Assembly: GCA_009602725.1 (NCBI GenBank)
Contig: WELB01000014.1
Location: 313,593-377,592 of the forward strand
DNA from: Spirogloea muscicola
Lineage: Eukaryota
Direction: 5' to 3'
DNA length: 64,000 nt
Below are positions 31,580 to 45,051 of this stretch, in pieces (the first letter of the stretch is position 1; each line of letters opens with the position of its first letter). Position numbers and translations under genes: made by a program. Below the pieces are notes generated by a model. That model was not told where the DNA came from, searched no databases, and saw nothing but the letters and a program-made list of their open reading frames with translations.

Positions 31580-32140
31580 AGCGTGTACTGAGTGATGGAG
31601 GGCCTGAGTAGCCAGAAAAGAAACAGCTCTTCCAGAGTGAGGAGATGACCTTGCGAGGCCAGCCCAAGGCTACGAACTTGGTACAGAACATGGCCGGAAG
31701 AGTAAGCTCATCCATGGAAATGGAGCGTGTATCTTGTGATGGAGGGCCTGAGTGGCCATTTACGAAAGCTAGCACATCGACAGACGTACATCACCTGCTG
31801 CTAAGGAAGCTACTAAGCTGCTAAGCTGACCCGCTCAGTTACCGCGAGTCAGCACGTAGAAAGAGAAGAAGTGCTCGCCCGTAGAGGATAGGGGCTGGGA
31901 AAAGAGAAACTGCTCGCCCATAGAGAAGAGTGGCTGGCAAAGGGGCCGGACAAGAAACAGCTCTGTCATGTACGGCAATGGCTGTGAGAGGCCAGTTCAA
32001 AGAGGAACAGCTCTTCCAGATTCACGGCAAGGGCTGTGGGACTGCAAAGGAACCTCGCCCAATGACAAGAAGGTGGCTGGGAAAGGCCAGCTCCAAAACG
32101 GAAGCGCGGCCAGGTTTTAGAAAGAAATGGACAAAGGGGT
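31580..32140. repeat. Dispersed repeat family copy
   Basis: GCTCGCCCGTAGAGGATAGGGGCTGG identical to ~11996-12021; CAGCTCTTCCAGA modules; 23-bp direct repeat GTGATGGAGGGCCTGAGTRGCCA at 31592 and 31736. Confidence 0.75.
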
Positions 32141-33297
32141 GAGATTGCCGGAAGGCGCGAGAAGCACGAAATAACACCTTGATTTTCTATATAGGAAATA
32201 TGGAGAAAAAAGCCTGCCCCGGGCACGCTTGCACGAGGGAGTTGGCCCCATCGCCCGGGCGTTGACGCCGCTGGTCAACAGCGGTCCAGCGAGCGCCACG
32301 CGGCGGCAGCGCGCGGCCCCGCGGCGTCCGGTCCCCCTGTCCCAGGGTGCGCGCCGGTCAACGCTCCGGGCAGCCGGGGAAGATTTCCTCGGGCCCGTGC
32401 CCGGGCTGCCCGCGGCGGCCGGGCAGGGCGCGGCCCCGGCGCGGCTATGGCGGCGGGGGCGCGAAAGCCAGGGGGGGGTCGGTCGCTCCCGCTTTCGGAG
32501 GCAGTGGCTGGTGGCGCCCACCGTTAATTACACCACCAGTAACGTCTCCGGGGGCTGTGCTTGCCCCAGTCCTTTGGTCGCGCCGTGGCCCCCCGTCTCC
32601 CATTCCGCGACCCTTCTCCACGCCACCCTTACCCCGCGCGCCCAGCGGCTCCAGCGGCGGCGTCGGCGACGGCGGCAGCGGCGGCGGCGGCGGCAGCGGC
32701 GGAGGCGTCTGCCAAGCGTGGTGAGGCGCCGCGCAGGGCNNNNNNNNNNNNNNNNNNNNNNNNNNNNNNNNNNNNNNNNNNNNNNNNNNNNNNNNNNNNN
32801 NNNNNNNNNNNNNNNNNNNNNNNNNNNNNNNNNNNNNNNNNNNNNNNNNNNNNNNNNNNNNNNNNNNNNNNNNNNNNNNNNNNNNNNNNNNNNNNNNNNN
32901 NNNNNNNNNNNNNNNNNNNNNNNNNNNNNNNNNNNNNNNNNNNNNNNNNNNNNNNNNNNNNNNNNNNNNNNNNNNNNNNNNNNNNNNNNNNNNNNNNNNN
33001 NNNNNNNNNNNNNNNNNNNNNNNNNNNNNNNNNNNNNNNNNNNNNNNNNNNNNNNNNNNNNNNNNNNNNNNNNNNNNNNNNNNNNNNNNNNNNNNNNNNN
33101 NNNNNNNNNNNNNNNNNNNNNNNNNNNNNNNNNNNNNNNNNNNNNNNNNNNNNNNNNNNNNNNNNNNNNNNNNNNNNNNNNNNNNNNNNNNNNNNNNNNN
33201 NNNNNNNNNNNNNNNNNNNNNNNNNNNNNNNNNNNNNNNNNNNNNNNNNNNNNNNNNNNNNNNNNNNNNNNNNNNNNNNNNNNNNNNNNNNNNNNNN

Positions 33298-33609
33298 ACC
33301 GTCGCCGGCGGCGGCGGCTCCCAGGTCCTGCATCCCAAGGCCGTGAGCGCGGGGCTGTCGCCGGCCGCCTTTGCCAGCTTGGGGCGCGCCGCGGCTGGGC
33401 CGCCCTTCTCGCCGCTCGGCCTGGGGCCTGGGAGCGGCCTCCCCATGTCGCCGTACTCGCTGCTGTCCCCGCGCTTCTTCTCGCCTCTGCCGCTGCTCAC
33501 GCCGCGCGACTCCTTCTACTGGGCCGGCGCACTCGACTCGCCCGGCAGCCTCGCCATCAAGGAGATGGCCATGCAGCTCGGCATGGCCCAGGCCATGGCC
33601 GTCGCTGCT

Positions 33610-33653
<44 letters not shown>

Positions 33654-34062
33654 GCAGCATCAACACTCAGAGGGCACCACGTTGACGCACCTTCAGGCGC
33701 CCACTAGTAATTATGGCTATGCGCAGCAGGTCCAGTGGCCAGGGCTGGGCCAGGCGCCGGCCCATGGGGCGCCGCCTGCGCCTGCAGAGTCTACGCAGCT
33801 GCTACCTACTGGCGCGGCCAACGTTGGAGGGTGGCCATTCGCCCCGTTGGGGCCCATGGGGCCTGCGGCAATGGCGGCTGCTTCCCGCAACCCCTACGTA
33901 GCCGCTGGCATGGCCAGCATGGCCATGGGCATGGGCCTCCACATGGCCGCGGCTGTTGGTGCGCCTATGCCGCCGACTCGGGACACGGGCGCCTGGGGCC
34001 CGAGGGTTCCCGCCGGCGTCCATGACCTCGCCACCAGCACATCCACCAACCTCTCCTGCTGA
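33298..34062 (+). CDS. Low-complexity SP/TP-rich regulatory protein with polyQ, possibly VQ-motif family; N-terminus in gap
   Basis: LLSPRFFSPLPLLTPRDSFYW...DSP resembles VQ-protein C-terminal regions (recall). The defining FxxxVQxLTG motif is not visible and may lie in gap 32740-33297. Confidence 0.5.
33610..33651 (+). repeat. (CAG)14 coding microsatellite (polyQ)
   Basis: 14 uninterrupted CAG codons. Confidence 0.95.
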
Positions 34063-35594
34063 CAAATGTCACCCTCCTTCTTCTACATTTAGTGCTAAAT
34101 TAGTGCTTGAGCGACTTCTGCCTGCACCCGCTCTAGCTCGCTGGCAGTGCCGTGTTGGATGGCGCACCAACCTCCCCCGTCAGTGCACATTGTGCGCTGA
34201 CCAGCGAATGAGCTAGTACGTAATTTAAGACAAGCCCTGAAGGGGTGAAGCACGGGTTTTCTCAGGCAGATTCTCTTCATTTGCAGCTTCGGCAGTAACA
34301 CATCAGCCTCTCAGATCAGGTTAGCAGGTGCAGTGCATCGTGCTCAGTCCTGCCTTGCTCTATGTCTGTCAGGCAGGTCAGTTGCTGCGGCAACACAATC
34401 CAAAATTTGACCTCCGTATCTGGCCAACTCCCTCTGCTGTGACAATCATCATCCTCAATAATAGCACTTGCTGTCTCCTGTTGTACTACAATGACAAAGT
34501 CAGGAAGGCATTTCCTCACATCTGCCCCCTTGCCAAAGCTTGCAATCTACTGCATCTGACCTGGTGCGAGCAGCTGAGGTATTGTTGTGCCGGTTTGGCA
34601 TAGAGTCGATGAACAGTACCACATGTCATGACCACTACCGCGCAACAGCTGTCTCAACAGATGAACAGGGGAAATGTGAGCTATATGAGAAGCAGTCACT
34701 GTCCCGCATATAGTTGTCATGTGCATATGTACTGCAGTGTAGCACCTGGACTGAGAGCTCGTCAGTAGCCGCATTCTATTTTTGCATGGGCGAATGGAAC
34801 TTGACTGGGGCAATGCAAGGCCGTTGGCAAGCAATTACCCAGGCAAGGTACTTCTCGCCTGAGGTTCAGACCATAGCCTCGGGGCAAAGTTGCCCAGGGC
34901 TGATGCCAACTGCAGCAGATTGCTTAAGTACATGTTCGACAGTGCCATTTATGTACCTCCAGTGTGATTTAGAAGCACATGCCTAATGCTACAAGGAGCT
35001 GAATTGCTTGTCCACGGTCAGAAAGTCATTTGGTGTCTACCATGGACACTCAGCACTAATTTGCAGTGCGACGGCTTAAGGTGCACAATGCCTCAACAAG
35101 ATGTGAGCCAATCCTGCTTAAATCTTGCTGCATGGAGATGCGACCGAAGCGGCAGTGTCATGCCATATAGGGAGGGCCTTTGCTCCTGAATGAGTAAGCA
35201 GCGACAGGGCAAGGCGGCTCTTCATTTGAGGCCAAAGTCGGTCTTTGCCGCAGCTTCCTGAACCGTGCTAGGGATTGGGTGTGCTCGCTGGCTGGCTCAC
35301 AATCAATAACTTTGCAAGAGCCAGCGTCTCTGTACATGGCCTCAGTAAACAGAACTGCGACCGAGTTTGCGCATTTGCGCAATATGTTTTCCCACACTAT
35401 ACAGCCCTTTCCGCTCACCTTCTTGAGAATGGCATCCTGCATGGCACCTTCTACGTCAGAGAAGTTAGTTACACATACAAAGCCAGAGAACTTCGGAGGA
35501 GCTTTCGTGCCTGTGAGGACTGTTGACTGGCCAGTGCAGCAGTCGCTGGCACCACTGACAAAAGGCATTCCGTCATTGCTTTGGGCCCAGTACG

Positions 35595-38056
35595 TCAGTT
35601 GGAGCCATACGCGTCCTCCTCCACCTTGAGCCAGTCGGCCGAGTCCGCCTTCTCCGAGGAGCCTATCGGTGACCCTTTCTCCACGTCCTCAGCTGCCCTG
35701 CCAGAGGCTGAAGCTTGCGCCGCCTCCTCAATTTCGCTTGCGGCGCCCTCCCTGCCACCACCGTCGTTGCCATCCACTGCCGCCGGCTTCAGCTGCACCC
35801 ACCCCCCTGGCGACGCCTGCTCGGCTTTGGCCTTGTCCATGCCTTCGCCCTCCTCGCCCTCCTCCAGGTCGCTGAAGGACACATCCTCTTCGTCATCCTC
35901 CACAGCACCGCCTGCGGCAACTGGGGTGCTTGAGCTACGCAGTCGCTGGATGTCCAGGTCGTTTGCTGCTTCCTCCTCCTGATGGAGCCACTCATCGGCC
36001 TCTGCCTCCTCGGCGCCCTCGGGACTCTGAGTAACAGCCAAAGCCAGCACTGCTTGAGATGCACTTTTGCTGCTTAACTCTGCTGCTTGACTCACTTCGT
36101 CTGACGACTTCTCTCTTTTGGTGAATGCCTCCTTGCCAATGTCCTGGTTGCCACCTGCCAACGGAAGCGGGCCAAGGGCCACTTGATGCACGACAGCTGC
36201 TGCCTTGTGCTTGATGTTGTCTTTCTCATGGTCGTCACTGCCTGCCAATGTAGGCTGACTCTCGCTCTTCGCCTGCAGTGCTTGCTTGGCGGTCTTTGGC
36301 TGCCCTCCTTCTGTGCTCGCTGAGTCGCCTCCCGCTTGCTCATCCACTGACTTCTTGCGCAATGTTTCCAGCACAAGAGCTCTGGCCTCAACAATCTGCC
36401 GCAGGCCACAGAAGCAAAATTGAGCAGGTGAACAGCATGCATCATATGAACACAATCAGCAGCTCAGCATTCTGTGCCGCATGTGAGTGACATTCCAGCG
36501 TACTCATGTTACTCATCTGAACTCACTGAAGCTGGTACCTACTGCACAGGGATCAAGTGAGCAGGACAAGGGACTCATCGAAGCATGTGGACCTGGGGGG
36601 TTGAGAGGAGGGACGCTTGCTGTGAAGTCAGGCGCGAGTGGAGTAGGACAAAGTAGATTTTCCAGAAACGGTCCACGGTCATGCACCGAGGCGTGAGCTC
36701 AGGGCGCAGCGCTGCCAGCCTAGGCGATGCGTATTCCAAGACCTCTATGTGCTCCTCCTGGACCATCGACAACTCAAATGCTGCAAACGACCACAGCAAT
36801 GCTAATGAGTTGCCCGTCAATATCCCAAGCCTGTTGAGCTCGGGTTTCCTGCCATCAGGGAGAGTTGGCAAGGCCCAGACAACATCCAGGCCTGCAGACG
36901 TCCTTGACACTGCTGCAACAGAATGACAGAGGACGAGTGGCATCTGACGAGGCCAGCAATGTGTTGGCACGGCGAGCAACTCCAATGGACTTGCCATGCT
37001 CTATGTCAAATGAACAGCTTCTTACAGAGAATTGGGTTTCTGCCAGTCCTGTAAGTGCAACTCACGTTCGTCGTCGGTAGCAGGGAGGGGGAAGTCAAGC
37101 CACGTCTCGGGGTGCATCGCAATGTTGTTGGCGAAGGACACCACCTCGTCGGTGATTGCGATGCTCTTGTAGTCGTACTCATTGTCGCTCCCGAAGTCGT
37201 CCTCGGATGCCAGCCGCGCGTTCTTGAAGAGGCTCGAAGTGAACCTGGAGATGTCGAGCAAGCTGCTCGCAACCGAGTCGCGAAAGTGGTGGATGTCCTC
37301 TCCAACGGCCGCCAGCAAGGGAGCCGCCTGCCCTGACCATGCCGTGACGGGCGACAGGTCGTCGTCATCGTTGGGTTTTGGCACCGCAGCTTGAGAGTCC
37401 TCAGCATCCTCTTCAGGCCTCGAGTACGCTGCAGCGGTGGCGGCCCCAGGCGCCTCGGTCGCTGGAGGGGACTTGGCCAGGTCCTCGCCGGTGACGACGC
37501 GGATGACGGTGGACAGCTTGGAGAGGCCGCTGGTGACGCTGCCCTTGAGCTCCGCGAGGTCCGTGCGCAGACTCTTGAACACCGACTCCGGGCGGCGGCG
37601 GGGGGAGCCGAGCTCGCCAGCGGCAGCGGCGGCGGACCCCGGAGTGATGGCCGCCGCCGCCGCGGCGCTCACCTCGGCCTCGGCCTCAGACGGGAGCGCC
37701 TCGGCATCCATTGGTGTCGCCTGCCCCGGCAGCTCCAAGTTGGCCTTCAGCGGCGGCTTCCTGGTGGCGGCATCCGCTGGAGAGGCCGCCGCAACGACGA
37801 GCGGGCCCGGCTCGCCGCCGCCCTCCATGGCCGCCGGCGGCAGGCCTAGCTCCACCTCGGGGGCCTCGGAGCCACTGTCGCCGTCCTCGGCCTCCCCTTC
37901 CTCGAGCTCGCGCAGCTCGCCGTCGGGCGGGCGCGCGGCCTCGGCGTCGCCGGCCAGGAAGGAGGCCACGCCGCGGAAGCTCCGCGTGAAGCTCTGCTTG
38001 AGGGCCGACAGGTCGCCGCGCACGCCCTGCTGCGGCGGCGGCGGCGGCGGGGCCGG
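35595..38056 (-). CDS. BSD domain-containing protein, 5' end in gap
   Basis: ITDEVVSFANNIAMHPETWLDFPL; FELSMVQEEH...PRLAALRPELTPRCMTVDRFWKIYFVLLH; STPQ|IVEARA; DVSFSDLE; WVQL. Confidence 0.88.
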
Positions 38057-38377
38057 NNNNNNNNNNNNNNNNNNNNNNNNNNNNNNNNNNNNNNNNNNNN
38101 NNNNNNNNNNNNNNNNNNNNNNNNNNNNNNNNNNNNGCGGCGCGCGCGCGCCACGGCGGGCGCCGCGCCCACCAGCGCCGCGGCACTGGCGCCGCCACCG
38201 ACCGGACCCCGCTCTACGGACCCGCCGTGTCGCCTGACGGCAGATGACCTCCCGACCACGTTCCTAGCAGCCACCGGCAGCAGCCGGCTCTCCCTCCACC
38301 GTTCGCTCGCGGCGCCTGCTATCCCCACTGGGGCTGGCCATCAGCTCGCCAGCATCCGCCTCTCCGGCCCCGTCGGA

Positions 38378-38675
38378 CCTTGTCCGTTCCTTTCGGGCTG
38401 GCATTTTCCACAGCCCTCGCACCCTTTTGGAAGAAGTGGCACTCCCAATGGGGGCAAGGGCTGCGAAAAGCCAGCCCAAAAAGAAGAGCCCCCCTCCTTG
38501 CCGAGGGACCGATGCGCGGCTCTCACTCTTCCCAGCCTCGGCACTCAGGCGACTATGGAAGCCCCTGCGTACCTTCCCAGTTGCACCTGCTGGCGGGTCC
38601 GCTCCCCTCTTTGCTTGTATCCCCCTCATTCTGGGCTGGCTGTTCACAGCCATCGCCCCATCCAGAAGAGCTTCA
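38378..38675. repeat. Dispersed repeat family copy upstream of the BSD gene
   Basis: GAAGTGGCACTCCCAATGGGGGCAAGGGCTGCGAAAAGCCAGCCCAAAA at ~38433, flanked by inverted GGGCTGGC blocks. Confidence 0.75.
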
Positions 38676-39013
38676 ATTTGTCGATGTACTGCTGAACGAG
38701 GCCTGGCCTGGACGGCGTCTGCGCGCCTTGTGGCTGCTGGTGGAGGTCGTGTGTGTTGATGGCATGTGCCTTGAAAACAAATCCAATTCGTTTGCACGCA
38801 CTCATAATGCTTACCATAACTCTCCCTAGTGATCTCTGGTAACAAGCAGACACTTTAGGTAGAGCACATTGCTGCACTACCAGCAAACAGCGACGGATAG
38901 CGTCAGCAAGACAACAGTTGTGGCCATAGTGTCAAAATGGGACACCATTGACCAAGTTGACGAGCAACAGCGCCAAGAAATAGCATGCAGCTAAAGCTTG
39001 CCCCTCGTACACC

Positions 39014-41550
39014 TTAGGCACCATTTGATGGCCCAAAATCTTTGACAGAGAATGATGAGCTGATCTGCGTTATCAAACAACAGGGGAATTTTTAAGATGC
39101 TGGCCAAGCTGCTCAATAGAACTTACTTAATCTAAGGAGGGAAGCTCAGGCCAAGCATGTCATACGTAGTCAATGTGTTGCCAATGGCCTAGCAGCTCAG
39201 ACTGTCTGAAATTTTACCTTCTCAAATAAATCTGAAAACTTCCCCGCATCGTCTTCTCGATACTGAGAGGAGTAAACAGCGTCCATCTCAGTGCTTAAAT
39301 TGGAAAGTACTGCTGATTGCTATAGAGACAACAACCCTACTTCATGCAGACGAGCTGTTTCCTGCCTATACATTGTCACTTACTGCTACAAGTGTCCAGG
39401 CGTCTGTGGAGAAAGTCAGCTTCAGTGTGGTAACAGAACGTGCACACATGTTGCCCAATATGCTGAAAGAGAGACATGAAGCAAAGCACAGGATGTACCT
39501 GTCCTGTGACTGTCAAGAGGCGGTTGACCCAGCCATTGGAATTCATGCCAACAACTGCCATAAGATGCCGCTTACTTTTTTCCGGGGTCTCCAGGGTATA
39601 CTCGACAAAATAATGTCCTGCAGCAAATGCTCAGGCGACATATGAGAGCAGGTATGAGCACAGAGCACAACCAAAGATTGCATTGTCAGTACTATGAAGT
39701 TCTATTCGTGTCATGCCACTCCAATCTCACCACAATGCCTGCAACAAGCCCGGCTTGACAGAGAGCTGCATGAAAGCTCATTGAAAAGTGCTGTTAGGCT
39801 GAGGTACAGTGCCAACCATTTAGAAGTCTTGCATCAATCAGGCGTGCCTTCTGGCCAGGTGGGCGTTTCCAGCTCCTGTCCAGAGAGTTCACCTGCACAC
39901 TCAGGAAATGAGAGCACATTCCGGATTGCTCTGAAGCTGGAGAGCTCTTCCACGCCAAGTCAAGCGTTTAAATCTTACATCATTACTCACAGCCATGCCT
40001 GTCCTCCATTTTGCTGCCGAGACATTACATAGGGCAAATGCAGATTCGGGAAGGCAGCCCCTTTGGTAGTGCAATTTGGAAAAATGTCACCAGGCCCTCC
40101 TGCTCATACCTTGACATAATAGATGGAGACATTGGGCTTTCTTACCAAGCTTTCGCCAAAAGCAAATGGTGATCCAAAAGAACCCATGTTTGTGTAGTCA
40201 GCTCCCAGAAACGTGACCACAATGTTGACTGTGGCAGATTCCAACAAGTGTTGTGTTGAGACCGTATCAAATCTTGAATACATCTTACTTATGAATCAGA
40301 AGGAAGAGGTCACAGAGATTCATTTCTATCTCTCTTTTTTATCCATCCCATCACAGACTGTTGTCACCAACCAGGTCATACCGTTTGTTTCGGTGTCCCC
40401 ATGGGGGAAGAATGCTGTCACGGTTCGTGTGCCTGTTTTGCCTTCGCCTTTCTCCCACTCTGTTACACATAAGCACGTTAGAAACGCATGAAGAACAAGC
40501 AAAAAGGGATATCCTCCATATCGAGTGCAATAATGTGTAGCAAAGAAGCAGGAAAACTCGATATCAAGGTGGATCCTCAACAACAGCATTGCCCCAAACC
40601 ACAATTGCAGCCACAGCACAGCATGACAGATGTTGAGGCCAATGCCTGCTTATCAAAATGTCGTGGTTGTAGATTGCACTACCTTTAGGTACCAACAAGG
40701 AGTAACCCTCTGTGCTATTCTCATACAGAGCCAGAGGGCCTTTTTGCTCAGTCAGAACTGCAGAGGCACACCGACGAATGTCGCTATAAGTCAGAGTAGA
40801 ACAGTAGCACCTACAATGATATTTCTGCAGGTGTGTCTCAAGCTTGAACAGATTTAATCAGCTCAATGCATCGTCTGAAAACTTTCAAACCTGTAGAGCA
40901 AGAAGAACACAAGTACCAGAGATAGCAGAACAGAGTCAAACATGAGATGATGCAGCCCCAGCAGCAGGCCAGGAGCAATGAGCTTGATAACCATACTGCT
41001 ACCTGCTTACTTTCAGCAACTGCAGCTGGTACAGTAGGAAGGGCAAGTACTGCAGCTGAGAATGCCAAGGCTGCTCGCCTAGCCACAGCTGGGGTAGCAG
41101 GTTCACTTGACGAGGAAGACGCTGAGTTGTAGATAGAGAGCATGCAGAGCAAAGAGCAGCGTCAGGGCAAGTAAATAACTCATAACCAGAGAACATGTAT
41201 CATTCTGATTGACTGACGGTTCAAGGACCACACAAGCCTAAGTGTAATTGCTGATCAGATGGACCACGTCCTGGCACCGCACCAGCTGTGGATCTCTGAC
41301 AAGAGACAACGCCAGGGGCCACTCTGCGGTGGCCCTTATTGCCAGAGTAGGCTCCACAGCCGGCTCGGAGCAGGCCTTGCGGCTGCGGCACCATCAAGGA
41401 GCATCCTCCCAGGAGCTGCTGCGGTGCAGGCCTGGCGCAGGGGGCAGAGAGGCGGCAGCGTGGCCGTGCCCCGGCTATTGGGGCGGCGGCGGCGGCGGTG
41501 GCGGCCGCGGCTGGCGCGCCGCCGCAGCAGGCGGCGCGGGCGAGCGTCAT
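39014..41550 (-). CDS. PPD3: PsbP domain-containing protein 3, thylakoid lumen
   Basis: Transit peptide plus twin-Arg signal VARRAALAF. Exons LYENSTEGYSLLVPK, WEKGEG...VTAFFP, VNIVVTFLGADYTNMGSFG, LDRSWKRPPGQKARLIDA, YFVEYTL...RHLMAVVGMNSNGWVNRLLTVTGQ. Confidence 0.9.
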
Positions 41551-41699
41551 GGCGGCGAGCCTGCTTCGTGATTGGGAAGCAACGGCTGAGCTGGTGGTAA
41601 AGCGGCCAAGGAAGCGAGAGAACTTGCGTGTGTTGAGTAGTGGAAGGCCAAAGTGGCCAAGTACTACGGCAAGCGCATCTGACTTACATTCACCCACTG

Positions 41700-42860
41700 C
41701 AACTTGACCCGCTCAGTAACCAGGGTCAACATGTGAAGGTCGCTAATCGATGCCTGAATACCAGATGGCAAATTCCAAGCCCTTCTGCCACCAACCAGAA
41801 AGGCCAGCCTTCTGGTGCACACGAGAGAAGGGTGCGGTGCGCATGCATTGAGAAGTAGGCGCACGGTGCGCATGAATTGAGAGGGAGGCCAAAACAAGCC
41901 ATTACACAATGAAGGGGATGACGGAGCTTGTTGTTGCAGACTGAAGAGGATGGTCGTGAGAGGCCAGCCCAGGGACGCTGCATTCTGTACTGAGCAACCA
42001 ATGCTTGCGGGACGCTAGTATGCCCAAGCTTCTGGCCCAACTGTAACGGAGTGCGTCGACAAAGTGGGCCAGGCGATGGAGGAGGAAGCAGCCTTCATAC
42101 TGTATGCCGCCGTAGATGTCCATAATGCACGGATGGAAATGACCTTTCCTAGCGTGGTCCTTGTGGTAAAAGAGCGTCTAGCCACTCGGACGCCCCAGGA
42201 GAGCTGATGGACAAGGGCAGGGTAAGACTCCTCCCATCATCCTTGAGCAGTCCCTGTCAAGACGGCTTGCTCGCGCACCGCGTGCATGTATGGGGTGTAC
42301 CTTCAGAGTAGGAATAGTCTGCCCACACCAAGGTGGAAGTGTTCCCAGAAAGGGGCGATGTGAAAGCGAACAAGCTCTTCCAGAGAGGGGCCAGGGCTGT
42401 GAGAGGCCAGCTTGAAAAGAATGGACAAGGCTGTGAAAGGACAGCCCAAGAAAGAATGGCGAAGTCGGTGCAGCCCTTCTCAGCTGAAGGTAGAAGGTGG
42501 AGGAAGTCTCGCTAATGGTGGTGAGAGATAGAAAAGCGCGGCCGAATTGACTGGTGGCTGGGAGAAGCCAGCCCAGAAGGAATGGACAAGGTCAAGAGAG
42601 GTGTGGAAGGGCGAGGGATTGTTGCCACTCCCGCTATGGCTGGTGCTAGAATAGCCCGAGCATCACATTGAAAACAGCGCAAAGTAAGATAAGTAAGGGA
42701 AGAGAGAGAAAAGCGCGGCCGAGGGAAGAGAGAGGGAATGGCGGTGTCGGAGATGGTGAAAGAGAGAGAAGGCGCGCGGGGCGCATGAATTGAAAGGGAG
42801 GCCAATTCAAGCCAATACATTTGAAAGAACGAAGCAGCGCTTCCAAATTGGTGAAAGCCG
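41700..42860. repeat. Dispersed repeat cluster in the PPD3/ING2 divergent promoter
   Basis: Module copies at 41859-41892 and 42772-42830 (-); 42532-42575 matches 13144-13190. Confidence 0.75.
41990..42200 (-). mobile_element. Second, more decayed RLE-like non-LTR retrotransposon fragment
   Basis: KDHARKGHFHPCIMDIYGGIQYEGCFLLHRLAHF resembles the RLE F.P...(D/E)xxG...LLxRLA block. Stops upstream; lies inside a repeat cluster. Confidence 0.35.
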
Positions 42861-43116
42861 CTGGTAACCAATACCCCAGGTGCGCCGCTTGGTCAGGCGA
42901 GCCAGTGGGCGGCACCCGAGGCCGCCCTTGGCTGATGCGAAGCGTCGGCTAATAAAAGCGGCCCGGCGTTGCTGAAGCTCACGTCCGCCGAGGCCACGGG
43001 AATTAGGGTCCAGTTTAGGGCGCGCCTGGCCCGGCCCTCCGCCAGCCTCCGTGCGCGCCGCCAGCCGCCAGCCGCCGCAGTCGCGCACCAGGCCGCGGCG
43101 CGACCGCTCGTCCGCC

Positions 43117-45051
43117 ATGGCGCTGACACGGACTGGGGTATTTCTCGAGGACTATCTCGACTGTGAGCGCTCTGCCCAGCCGAGCCCCTGGCGCTTCTCT
43201 TGATGTCATCGTTGCGGCGGTAGCATGCGCCTGCGCCATTGTCGTGGGCCTGACCCAGCCCCCCGCGTCGAAGTCCTGCAGACAGCAGCTCCCTGCCGCA
43301 GGAGCTCCAGCGCCTGCTGTCGACGATGAGGGAGCTCGACGAGCGATCGCAGAGTCCGTCTTGGTCTCAGTCTCCTACTCTTTCGGTGCCCTCGAGCTCA
43401 GTCGTTCTCACGTTTGCATTTGTGCTGATCAGCGCCTTTGGGTTTGTCACGGCTGCCGCTTCCTGGACTCTGTGTATTTGCCTTTGAGAGCGCTTGCTGA
43501 CAGTCCCCAGAATTGACCACTATTGTATGCAGATCTCCAGAAGGACATTCAGGAGCAGTGCAAGATATGTCTGAGCATGCCCTCTCTGCAGCATTCGAAG
43601 AAAGTGGGTCAGGACCAGCAGGAGTCTGTGGAGAGGCTGAGGAAAGAACTGGAGGCACGACAGGACAAGAATGTCAGCCTTTGCACGGAGAAGACACTGC
43701 TGGCTCAGCAGGCTTATGACCTGGTGCGACATGCCAAACAGTCCCTGAACCATGTTGTTGAAATCCATGCATGCATCACGTTCACAGACAGCGATGCTAT
43801 GCAGCAGCTTATTGGGCCTCTCTTACCTGGACGTGGATCATGGGACCTGCTAATGCAGGCTCTGCACGACCTGCAGGTCGACAGCCATGTGAAACGCCTG
43901 ACCGAAGATCTCACTGCATTCGAGACGGAGTTGAGACAGGGTAGCTCATCAGACTTCTAGCCCGAGAAGCATGGATGCAAGAATGCTCTTGCTGTCATGT
44001 CAGGAGCAGTGTCCTCCTACCGTTTGGCTGCCGAATGAGCATGACATGATGTGGCTGTAGACGTCACAGACGGAGTCGATGTGGTTGTGCAGAGGTGACA
44101 TAATGCGTCATGGCTCTGTGCATACAAGCCTCTTAGGCCAATTTGATGTCAAGTTCAACCCGCTGTTGACAACTTACAGATGGAAAGGCCATTCCGCTAG
44201 AGGACCCAAGTGGAGGAGGTGCTCAGGTGACCCAGCTGGAGAAGCGCAGATCTTCTTTTATGACTCCGCCCCACAAAAGGCTAGAGGTTAGACCTGGAAG
44301 TGCAGACCGAGATCTTGAACGAGACCATGAGAAGGACAAGGACAAGGACCGGGACAGGGACTACGAGCTGATGCCTCTGCCAACAAGTCAAAGGAAAAGG
44401 AGCACCCTACCCTCCTACTTAGGCAGCATGGTCAATGATGATGATGGAGGCCCTAAGTACTGCATTTGCGGACGTGTAAGCAGCAACAATTACCCTTATG
44501 AAGTTTGTGCGCATGAGTCTGCTGATGAGGATGGATGCTTCAGATATTCCTGTTTCCATAGGCCCACAAGACTGAGCCAGATATTCCTACTGAAGGACGC
44601 TATTATTGCTCTTGGTTTTTCAAAGCAGCACATCTTGTTGTTGACCTTGCAGGTCTCTTTTGGAGAAATGATAGAATGCGACAATCCTGATGTAAGTTGT
44701 ACACGTCACTTGGCACCTTGAGGCTTGCTTGTTTCTATGTTTGTGATTGGATATAAACATGTGAATCCCCGTAGACTGACCCATGGCTTCTCCTCCTTGC
44801 TTGACAACACACTTGGCTGCCATGTACCCGACAAATGAAGCGAGAGCATGTACGCAACTTGTACACTCTGAGGGACTTGCTCTGACGTTTGCATTTTCGT
44901 TGTCTTGCAATCTTCACAAGAGCAGTGCCAAGGTGGCCAGTGGTTTCACTACTCATGCATGGGTCTCTCTGAGGGTGCCCAATTCCGCGGGAAGTGGTAC
45001 TGCCCATCTTGTCAAGCTTTGCGGCAACCTACTCAAGATGTTCTACAATAA
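43117..45051 (+). CDS. ING2: PHD finger protein ING2 (inhibitor of growth family)
   Basis: MALTRTGVFLEDYLD|...LPQELQRLLSTMRELDERSQ; LCTEKTLLAQQAYDL|VDSHVKRL; PHD finger PKYCICGR|VSFGEMIECDNPD|CQGGQWFHYSCMGL...GKWYCPSC. Confidence 0.92.

Noticed and set aside
35158..35568. 136-aa minus-strand ORF downstream of the BSD gene
   Set aside because: No recognisable motif; probably 3'UTR or intergenic.
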